DNA of 64,000 nt from a virus. The notes beneath the pieces are model-generated. The model searched no databases and was not told the origin of the DNA. It saw only the letters and a program-made list of their open reading frames with translations. Location of the stretch: IMG/VR virus record IMGVR_UViG_3300042301_003793. One strand, 5' to 3'. This document shows, in pieces, positions 57,101-64,000 of this stretch. The first letter of the stretch is position 1. Each line of letters begins with the position of its first letter. Position numbers and translations under genes: made by a program.

Positions 57101-57375
57101 ATTGAACCAAATGTTCCATTATTTGTATTACAATAACCGCCACCGATAAAAGAATAATTCCCAGTTGATTTATTACATCTACCACCAGTAATTACACCCA
57201 TACAACCAGTTGTTGTATTAAAAAAACCACCAACTATTGTTCCGTAGTTTTTATCTGCTGTGTTTGAATACCCACCTAATACTGTTGAATAATTACATCT
57301 AGCAGCATTATTATTATCACATCTAACTGTAGAGTTTATCCCACCTACCGGGTCATCAATTATAACGTAAGCCAT
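54190..57375 (-). CDS. Tail fibre / adhesin paralogue 2 (15-aa Gly/Ser/Cys repeats, two inserted beta-domains)
   Basis: STVSGGxxNT repeats; YEIGSGVDSTQRIG shared with fibre 1. Confidence 0.75.
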   Translation of the reverse strand: MAYVIIDDPVGGINSTVRCDNNNAARCNYSTVLGGYSNTADKNYGTIVGGFFNTTTGCMGVITGGRCNKSTGNYSFIGGGYCNTNNGTFGSITGGYCNTNTTNSSSTFIGGGELNTINGDLSTIVGGCKNTILDSCTFIGGGYLNVASQNYASVVAGCNNTSSGKYSAIGGGESNTASDYNTTVGGGFENVALNACSTVGGGAQNSAIGDFAIVAGGRFNTAADTTAFVGGGNSNIANCDFTVVGGGEYNTVDSCGSAILGGCCNTSDANFSIIVGGCNNANLGSGSFVGGGCGNTTVSNISVVAGGSQNKNYGTYASILGGLSNETYSDGTTIAGGQFNTVIGFNSNIAGGYSNTVSGYCSAIAGGANNIVIGDCSMVFSNNSTLQADRSVILGGQNISGTTDDTVYVPGLNIGIISTGTSINDLGIDAQGNVVVGGGIGSGPYEIGSGVDSTQRIGTLNDALGNFSLVSGGFQNTSYTNFSTISGGYGNKAGIKNTVSNYYNTVYTGGTFNGIYGGITPTSTVSGYGTGAVFNFTFNTGSFSSLNIVSGGSNYVNGDTLFFDGTNFSGVSGTDDVTLQINTNSGPFSFVGGGCNNASLGEYSTVSGGYSNFATGYASTIAGGCGNTASAFYSTVSGGYCNTSSGIRSNVSGGDCNTASGDISTVSGGGCNNASGISSTVSGGIRNESSNTFSTVSGGYKNTASNPFSFIGGGEFNTTSGNYSTVSGGYQNTARTIGSSIGGGKVNIAGINGTVSNYYNLNTSGSTTTGIFPGVSSSFTTSVNGFGSLFNFNLTAGVVNSITISAAGQNYIDGDFLLFDGTLFGGTSGVDDISFLVSTTDYNFATVGGGCGNRASNTFSTVSGGVSNTTSGCYSTVSGGRCNTAIGYHSNINGGRQNTASGNNSTVSGGYFNLSSGDISTVGGGLYNTSSGVYSTVSGGRCNTSIGGYSVIGGGQQNTSSGTNSTVSGGRCNTSSGTNSTVSGGYQNTITTQYSGILGGSGNTVSHNCSFIVGYGITTSCPNTTYVNCLSIIDLPTSSAGLPSKSVYYCPTDLNRIYFVP

Positions 57376-57405
57376 ATTTGTTTTTTTTATTTTTAATTTA
57401 TGTTT

Positions 57406-57431
57406 AAACCCCCACTATTAAATGGGGGTTT
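57406..57431. terminator. Hairpin terminator, possibly bidirectional, between fibres 3 and 2
   Basis: aaaccccca / tgggggttt stem with flanking T and A runs. Confidence 0.75.
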
Positions 57432-57436
57432 TTTTA

Positions 57437-60400
57437 TTAAAGTTTAACCCAAAGTTGAGTACCACCACCTGACGCACTTGTTGTACACCTATAAACAGTA
57501 CCACTTGGAAGTGCTGTAACTTCAGTTTCGGTTGGTAAACTTTTTAAAGTAACTCTTGAACAAGTGTTTGGAGATGAAATACCGCCACCATTAACTGTAA
57601 AGTTATTTACAAAAGTTGTGAAACATTGATCAGTTGTAATGTTACATCCTAAAACGTGTGAATCACTTAAACAAACTGTGTTTGCTCTACCAACGGCCGA
57701 TGAATAAGAGGCAAGATTACTAATGTTGTTTCCACAACCACCTTTAATTGTTGACCAAGGAACATTAGTACCAATTATGTTACTTTCACCACCACCAATT
57801 GTACTACAACAAGAATTGTTTGTATTTAATCTACCACCAACAATACTTGAGTGAGACTGTAATACACAGTTAGATTGACCACCACCAATTGTTGAATAAG
57901 ATTGGATTAGACAGTTAAAAGCTCCACCACCAATTGTTGACGCATAACCTGTTGCAGATATTGAGTTTGAAATACCACCTAAGATACCTGCTACTGTAGA
58001 TGCTGCAGTATTTGTACTACCTAAAACAACAGAACAAGGACCGCTAGCAATGTTTGCTGATCCAGTTCTAAGAGTTGAAAGTGAGCCTGTACCCGCAACA
58101 ACAATTTGAGTTGGAATTGATGTTAAACCAGCTGGTAATCCACTTACAGTTGCAACGCCATTTTGTCTATTTAATGTGATTAAACCGTTAGCGTTATTAT
58201 ATGTACCACCAGTAACAAAGAAATCATTACTTTGGAAACCAGGTACAGTAACATTAGTACCATTGTTTTGACCAAGAGTTAAGGTACCATTTGAATATGT
58301 CCCACCAGTTACAAATGTGTTTTGTGTTTGGAACCCAAGAATACTTACATCGGTAGCACCATTTGATTGTGATAATACTAATTCACCTATTGTTGGGTTA
58401 TATGTACCACCAGTTAAATATTTATCACTATCAATTAATGTTGCTAAATCAACATTAAATGAATTTCCATCATTTCTATCAAATGTAATTTGTGAAAGTA
58501 CGTTATCATACGTACCACCAGTAACGTATGTGTTTTCAGTTACAATTGTAAACGGACCACCATTTGGTGTTAAATTATATTCTAAAGTTGATGTTTGTAC
58601 ATTTGTATTATCATTTCCAGATGTTAATGTACTTCCTGTTACAAAATAATCTGTAAATCCAGTTGCCGTAACTTGAGAGCCATCGGTATTTGTTAAAGTT
58701 AATGTATCACCAACTTTTGTTGCACCAGTCAAATATGTGTCCGTGTATCCAGTTGTAAATCCAGAAATTTGTACTGTATTTCCAGATGTGTTAACAAATG
58801 TTACAACACCTGTATTTGCATCATATGTACCACCAGTTAAACCTAAGTCAGTTGCTAAAACACCTAAATTTACTTGTAAATCATTTCCATCATTAACCGA
58901 TGCTGTTAAAATAAATGAACTATTATCAAATGTTAATCCAGTTAAAAAGTAATCTGTTTGAGATACTACCGAAACAACATTACCAGACGCATCAACACCT
59001 AATGTAGAAACTGGCGTTGTTGCACCAACTGTTTGAATATTTAATTGTGGAACATAAACAGTATCATTTGTTGTACCAGTAATATTTTGTCCACCTATTA
59101 CAGCTGACCTATTTCCTGTTACAACGTTTTGACATCCACCAAGAATCATAGATTGTGTTGCTTGAGCTCTGTTTTCTACACCACCAGCAATAACTGAGTT
59201 ATTTCCAGTCGCAGTATTTCTTAGACCTCCAAGAATTGATGATTCAAAATTAAGAGCAGTATTACATCTACCACCACCAATTGTTGATCTATAACCAGAT
59301 GCGGTATTTCTATATCCACCACTTATTGTGTTATTTATACCAAATGATGTATTAAATGAACCACCACCTACATTTGATCTATTCCCAACTGCTGAGTTAT
59401 ATAAACCACCACCTACTGATGATTGGAAATTATAAGTTTCATTACAATATCCACCACCAATTACTGACGCAAAACCGTATGCTTTATTCCCAAATCCACC
59501 ACCAATTGCGATGCTTCCACCACAACCAGTATTACAACAACCACCAGCAACAGTATCACTCAAATTACAAGTTTTGTTAGATCTACCACCACCTATAGCT
59601 GTGTAGTTACTAAATGTTTGATTATTACAACCACCATTAATTGTTGAGAATGACCCATTTAATTGGTTAACAGCCCCACCATTAATAACACCCATATATC
59701 CAAAGTTGTTGTTAGCAAAACCACCACCAACAAATGAATAATTACCACTAGCAATATTAACAAAACCACCGGCAACAACGTCACTATTATTATTTGCTTG
59801 GTTTTGACAACCACCACCAATTGTACTTGCAAATCCATTTGCATTATTATTAACACCAAACACAGTTGAATATTGACCGTTAGCGTTATTTCCTGAGTTT
59901 TTCCTTACTGAAGAAGAAAATCCATTACCTCCAACAATTACAGCATCTTCAATTCCAGAAATATCTACTGTACCATTTTGTTGTTGGATTGTTAAGGTTG
60001 ATGTTGATGGAGTATAAAAACCACCAGTAACATATGTATCTGTATATCCAGTTAAGAAACCAGTAACACTAAATGTACCACCAGAGTTATTTGTAAAAGT
60101 TGCAGTACCAGAGTTTAAATCATATGTACCACCAGTTACTCTTAAATCACCAGCTAAAATACCTAAATTAACCGTGTAGGCACTATAGTTGTTTAGTTCA
60201 ACTGTTAAGGCGTAAGTACTTTGGTCAAATGTAAATCCAGTTGTAAAGTAATCTGTAGCGCCAGTTGTAAAACCAGTCACAACAAAAGAACCACCCTGGT
60301 TGTTTTCAAATGTTGCACTACCAGTTGAGTTATCATATGTACCTCCCGTAACATATGTGTCGATAGATGTAAACCCAGTTACAAGAACTGATGAACCATC

Positions 60401-61873
60401 TGTATTTGTTAAAGTCAAATTGCCGGCAGTAAATGTACCACCAGTCAAATATGTGTCTGTGTATCCAGTTGTGAAACCAGAAATTTGTACTGTATTTCCA
60501 GATGTGTTTATAAATGTTACAACACCAGTATTTGCGTTATATGTTCCACCTGTTAAACCTAAGTCAGTTGCTAGAACACCAAGATTTATTGTATCACTAA
60601 AACCATCATTTCTTCCAATAGTTAAATCAAAACTATTTGTATCAAATGTTACACCGGTAAAATATTTATCTTCTAAACCAGATATAGAAACATTTGTTCC
60701 GTTTTTCATTTCTAAAGTAAGACCACCAGCATTATAATTAAATGTACCACCAGTCACAAAATTGTCTCCTGTAACAAATCCACCTTGAACCACGTTACTA
60801 CCATTACTATTAATTAATGTTAAAACACCTGTAACATTATCTAATGTTGACGCACTTAAAAATATATCATTATCACCACCAATTACAACATTACCATTAG
60901 CATCTATTCCTAAATTATTAACAGATGTTGTAGTACCAATTGAATCGATATTTAATTTTGGTACATAAACAGTATCAGCTGATGTTCCTGTTAAGCCAGC
61001 ACCACCAAGGATAACCGACCTTGTACCAGTTAGTACATTTCCATTTCCACCAATAGTTGCGGAGTAATTCCCACTAACTTTATTTAATTGACCATTCCCA
61101 ACAAAAGAATTTACACCTCTTGCAATGTTATTATCACCACCAACTATTGTTGATCCTGACATCGCGGTGTTATTATCACCACCAAGAATGTTAGATTTTA
61201 AATTTATTGCTGTGTTGCAGTATCCCCCACCAACAATTGTGTAATCTGACATGGCAGAATTTAAAACACCACCAACAACAATTGCTGATTTTCCATTTGC
61301 AACGTTTTCACAACCACCATTTATGTTAGCAAATGTTCCGTTAAGATTATTACCAAAACCACCAACAATTGAAGAGTAGCTCCCGTTCAAATTATTTAAT
61401 CTACCATTCCCAATAAAAGTGTCGCACCCAATTGCTATATTATTATCCCCACCAACAATACTACTACTACAACATGCTGTGTTATTGTCTCCACCAAGAA
61501 CAATAGATTTCAAACCAATTGCCGTGTTATAATAACCACCACCAATAATTGTATAATCTGATTGTGCTGTATTAAATGCACCACCATTAACAATCGATGA
61601 TTTACCATTTGCAAAGTTACTACATCCACCACCAATATTACTTAGTAATCCGTTAGAACGGTTAAGGTAACCACCATTTATACTTGAATAACTTCCGTTT
61701 GCCGTATTTCCTCTACCACCGGCAATTGTTGAGTATCCGGTATTTCCACTTGTCGTGTTTGCTCTACCCCCAGAAACGGTAGAATAAAGAGCTGAAGCAG
61801 AATTTGTTTGCCCACTCCTAACTGTTGTTGTTAATCCACCTACTGGATCTGTAATAATAACATAATTTGACAT
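57437..61873 (-). CDS. Tail fibre / adhesin paralogue 3 (three repeat blocks separated by VTGGTY shaft repeats)
   Basis: N-terminus YVIITDPVGG matches fibre 2; GGxxN repeats; VTGGTYD/N repeats shared with fibre 1. Confidence 0.75.
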   Translation of the reverse strand: MSNYVIITDPVGGLTTTVRSGQTNSASALYSTVSGGRANTTSGNTGYSTIAGGRGNTANGSYSSINGGYLNRSNGLLSNIGGGCSNFANGKSSIVNGGAFNTAQSDYTIIGGGYYNTAIGLKSIVLGGDNNTACCSSSIVGGDNNIAIGCDTFIGNGRLNNLNGSYSSIVGGFGNNLNGTFANINGGCENVANGKSAIVVGGVLNSAMSDYTIVGGGYCNTAINLKSNILGGDNNTAMSGSTIVGGDNNIARGVNSFVGNGQLNKVSGNYSATIGGNGNVLTGTRSVILGGAGLTGTSADTVYVPKLNIDSIGTTTSVNNLGIDANGNVVIGGDNDIFLSASTLDNVTGVLTLINSNGSNVVQGGFVTGDNFVTGGTFNYNAGGLTLEMKNGTNVSISGLEDKYFTGVTFDTNSFDLTIGRNDGFSDTINLGVLATDLGLTGGTYNANTGVVTFINTSGNTVQISGFTTGYTDTYLTGGTFTAGNLTLTNTDGSSVLVTGFTSIDTYVTGGTYDNSTGSATFENNQGGSFVVTGFTTGATDYFTTGFTFDQSTYALTVELNNYSAYTVNLGILAGDLRVTGGTYDLNSGTATFTNNSGGTFSVTGFLTGYTDTYVTGGFYTPSTSTLTIQQQNGTVDISGIEDAVIVGGNGFSSSVRKNSGNNANGQYSTVFGVNNNANGFASTIGGGCQNQANNNSDVVAGGFVNIASGNYSFVGGGFANNNFGYMGVINGGAVNQLNGSFSTINGGCNNQTFSNYTAIGGGRSNKTCNLSDTVAGGCCNTGCGGSIAIGGGFGNKAYGFASVIGGGYCNETYNFQSSVGGGLYNSAVGNRSNVGGGSFNTSFGINNTISGGYRNTASGYRSTIGGGRCNTALNFESSILGGLRNTATGNNSVIAGGVENRAQATQSMILGGCQNVVTGNRSAVIGGQNITGTTNDTVYVPQLNIQTVGATTPVSTLGVDASGNVVSVVSQTDYFLTGLTFDNSSFILTASVNDGNDLQVNLGVLATDLGLTGGTYDANTGVVTFVNTSGNTVQISGFTTGYTDTYLTGATKVGDTLTLTNTDGSQVTATGFTDYFVTGSTLTSGNDNTNVQTSTLEYNLTPNGGPFTIVTENTYVTGGTYDNVLSQITFDRNDGNSFNVDLATLIDSDKYLTGGTYNPTIGELVLSQSNGATDVSILGFQTQNTFVTGGTYSNGTLTLGQNNGTNVTVPGFQSNDFFVTGGTYNNANGLITLNRQNGVATVSGLPAGLTSIPTQIVVAGTGSLSTLRTGSANIASGPCSVVLGSTNTAASTVAGILGGISNSISATGYASTIGGGAFNCLIQSYSTIGGGQSNCVLQSHSSIVGGRLNTNNSCCSTIGGGESNIIGTNVPWSTIKGGCGNNISNLASYSSAVGRANTVCLSDSHVLGCNITTDQCFTTFVNNFTVNGGGISSPNTCSRVTLKSLPTETEVTALPSGTVYRCTTSASGGGTQLWVKL

Positions 61874-61953
61874 TATTTATTTTTTTTTCGTTTATTTTAT
61901 TTTTTAATAAATATTAAGAATTATACAAAGTATTGTTTTTTATATAAAAAAAA

Positions 61954-64000
61954 TTAAGAACCAACTTCTGTTGCAAGACAAATTTCTCCATTTTCTCTAA
62001 TAAGTCTAGTCATATCGTTAAAAGATATATAAGCATGACCACCAAGACCCCAAGATTTTCCCCAACTATTTTTAATTCTAAAAACTTTTTTATTTAAGTC
62101 CACACCATTTATAAGATAAGCGTGACCACCAACAAATCTACCAGTTAATCTTATGTTTCCATTTCTATCTGGAAAAAACATTCCATTATACCAATTTGTA
62201 CCAACTACAACAGGACCAACCTTTAATACTGTATTTACAAGTGTTGATAAATCAAATGCCCAATAATAAGATTTTACTTTACCAATTTGTTGTAAATATT
62301 TTACAGCACCCCTAACTGATGTACCATTATAATTTTCACCTGGCCATTGGTCTAATTTTTGTGCATTAAAATAAATTGTACTTGGATGTACAACTGGTGG
62401 TTTGCCGGACTGTTGAACCGGTCCATCTTCCAACCAATGTGACCAGGAATACCCAACACATTGTGGTAGTGCTCCTTGATTACCCCACCATCCATTTGCG
62501 TCCCAAAATCTTTGTGTTAATATTTGTGGTTTTGTTGAGATTGACTGTATTAATTTTTGATTATTTTTAATTAGGTAATTTAAATCTCTTTTGTCTTCAA
62601 CATAAATTCTTCCTAATTCAAAAGGTAATGTTGATGCACTTGATGGTGTTATTTCAGTTTCACCACTTATTGTATATGTAAAATCATTTGTTAAACAAAT
62701 TTCTGTATCACAATCTGGACAGAAAGGATTAAACAATCTAAATTTATCTTTTAGTATATTAAAGTTGTGTCTTATTTCAGAAGAATCTAAAGGTTGTACA
62801 TACATCCTAAATTGTGAAATACCCCCTTCAAACGTACCACCAAATTCTTTTTCCAATAATATATTTGTTGTAAGACCAGACAATGATGTACCAGATAAAA
62901 CAGATGTTGGGAACAACTCTGGGTCCTGTATAAAATCACTACTTAAATTTTCACAAGTTGATGGTACTAAATTTTCGTGAAGTCCTTGTGTACCACCACC
63001 CCAAGAAATGTTAAATGGAACCCCAACTTGTTTTTCTTTGTCTGTCGGTAATGCCCTTGGGATTAGTTCTTCAAAATCTTTTATTGTGTATATTAATTTA
63101 CCATTAACATAAATTAGTAATTTACCTTTTCTATATTTTTCATCTAATAACCAACTATCATTTAACTTAACAGTTTCTATTTGTTCAGATTCTTTTTTAC
63201 CGTTTGAATATGGTGGAGCAATTAAAGTAAAACTATTGTTTGCTAAACTTTCAAGGTATTCTTTTTTTGTAATATCTCCTAGACCACCAAACCACCATAA
63301 GTCACAGTTATCTAAATTTGTATATCGTTTCCAGACAACATCTAATAAAAACCAATGTTCTTGTTCTATAAATGCTGGATTTTGTTGTTCACAATAAGAA
63401 TATATTGGTGGTGTACACCATTCTTGGATTGTATAACCGGTAACAAATGTTGTTCCAGTTCCAGTTACTGTATTTCCAGTTGTAATACATTCACCAGTAA
63501 ATCTTAAAACTTTTATACCTATACCTGGATTTTGTGGGTCACCACATAATTTGAATGAGATGTTATTCGACATTGAATCGAGTAGCGGGTCTTTTTCGCA
63601 AGTATCCTCTACGGATGTAAACCCAGAAGTAGGACAATCCAAACAATCAAGACAAGTATCACAAGTTGTACAAGTCGGTGTACATTCAGGAAGTGGTGTA
63701 TCACAACTTGGTGTAGGACTAGGAAGTGGTGTAGGTGTTGGTGTTGGTTGTATTACATCACCACAATAGTGTGTCTGACATTCCCAACCACAAGTTTCAC
63801 AAGCAAATTGATTACAACCACAACCACACGTTGCTGCACTCATAGGATTACCTTTACAAGAACCACAACCATAATTTATATGTGGGTCGTGAATACCATT
63901 TAACGAACGTGGTGGATAAAGATATATACACCTACTATTTGTAATATTTAAATTACAACAAGCACAAGTCTGTAAACAATTTGCAAGCGGTGTTGTAACT
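61954..64000 (-). CDS. 5'-truncated virion-type protein: Cys-rich and PT region + LamG-like domain + C-terminal papain-like (C1A) peptidase
   Basis: Frame stays open from 63843 to the window end. IYVNG...FEGGISQFRMY (LamG-like); NQGALPQCVGYS, GGHAY, KNSWG catalytic triad. Confidence 0.8.
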   Translation of the reverse strand, partial: VTTPLANCLQTCACCNLNITNSRCIYLYPPRSLNGIHDPHINYGCGSCKGNPMSAATCGCGCNQFACETCGWECQTHYCGDVIQPTPTPTPLPSPTPSCDTPLPECTPTCTTCDTCLDCLDCPTSGFTSVEDTCEKDPLLDSMSNNISFKLCGDPQNPGIGIKVLRFTGECITTGNTVTGTGTTFVTGYTIQEWCTPPIYSYCEQQNPAFIEQEHWFLLDVVWKRYTNLDNCDLWWFGGLGDITKKEYLESLANNSFTLIAPPYSNGKKESEQIETVKLNDSWLLDEKYRKGKLLIYVNGKLIYTIKDFEELIPRALPTDKEKQVGVPFNISWGGGTQGLHENLVPSTCENLSSDFIQDPELFPTSVLSGTSLSGLTTNILLEKEFGGTFEGGISQFRMYVQPLDSSEIRHNFNILKDKFRLFNPFCPDCDTEICLTNDFTYTISGETEITPSSASTLPFELGRIYVEDKRDLNYLIKNNQKLIQSISTKPQILTQRFWDANGWWGNQGALPQCVGYSWSHWLEDGPVQQSGKPPVVHPSTIYFNAQKLDQWPGENYNGTSVRGAVKYLQQIGKVKSYYWAFDLSTLVNTVLKVGPVVVGTNWYNGMFFPDRNGNIRLTGRFVGGHAYLINGVDLNKKVFRIKNSWGKSWGLGGHAYISFNDMTRLIRENGEICLATEVGS

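Noticed and set aside
41255-57375. Diversity-generating retroelement or shufflon acting on the fibre genes
   Set aside because: No reverse transcriptase, no non-coding template repeat with adenine-specific mismatches, and no invertase or inverted crossover sites in the window.
41500-61800. Regularly spaced ccaccacttac repeats resembling a CRISPR array
   Set aside because: The 45-nt period is in frame inside long ORFs, the repeats are degenerate at wobble positions, and there are no unique spacers or cas genes.
1330-63769. Numerous short opposite-strand or alternate-frame ORFs in the track (e.g. 2499-2822, 18714-19061, 22560-23090, 56474-56839, 60300-60737)
   Set aside because: They are shadows of long motif-bearing genes, with low-complexity translations and no independent start signals.
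1-64000. Stop-codon reassignment, as in some jumbo phages
   Set aside because: Genes tile densely in code 11; TAG (34448) and TGA (37755, 50728) end genes at sensible boundaries.

Overview
AT-rich, densely coding 64-kb segment of a large contractile-tailed (myovirus-type, probably jumbo) dsDNA phage, read in the standard genetic code and mostly on the minus strand. Families were assigned by recognising motifs by eye; no database searches were run. Left part (1-9 kb): replication and nucleotide module with class II RNR, DnaB helicase, 5'-3' exonuclease, C5 cytosine methyltransferase, RecA/UvsX, a GT2 enzyme and an SSB. Middle (9-45 kb): tail and neck morphogenesis genes (hub, LysM-like wedge, tube initiator with an OmpA-like insert, tape measure, gp26-like chaperone, tube, enlarged sheath, terminator, neck), plus a SNF2 helicase, a zincin-MnSOD-nuclease-like fusion and a family B DNA polymerase. 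Right part (41-64 kb): three Gly/Ser/Cys-rich 15-aa-repeat fibre genes enclosing a 12-gene island. The island holds an HtrL/GT-A fusion, a GT60 polypeptide GlcNAc-transferase-like gene, a mucin-like PT-repeat protein, DUF2061, a HIGH nucleotidyltransferase, APS kinase, a sulfotransferase, a GT9-like enzyme, an Aah/TibC-like iron-finger protein glycosyltransferase and a GT8 enzyme. The best candidate for a new system is phage-encoded O-glycosylation plus sulfation of its own virion proteins. Other highlights: a probable +1 frameshift (TTT TTT CGG) joining the gp26-like chaperone to an uncalled gp51-like extension, a strand-oriented TATTTAT late-promoter motif, and one Ig-like module shared by the sheath and a BppU-like protein. 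I saw no tRNA, rRNA, CRISPR array, integrase or reverse transcriptase.
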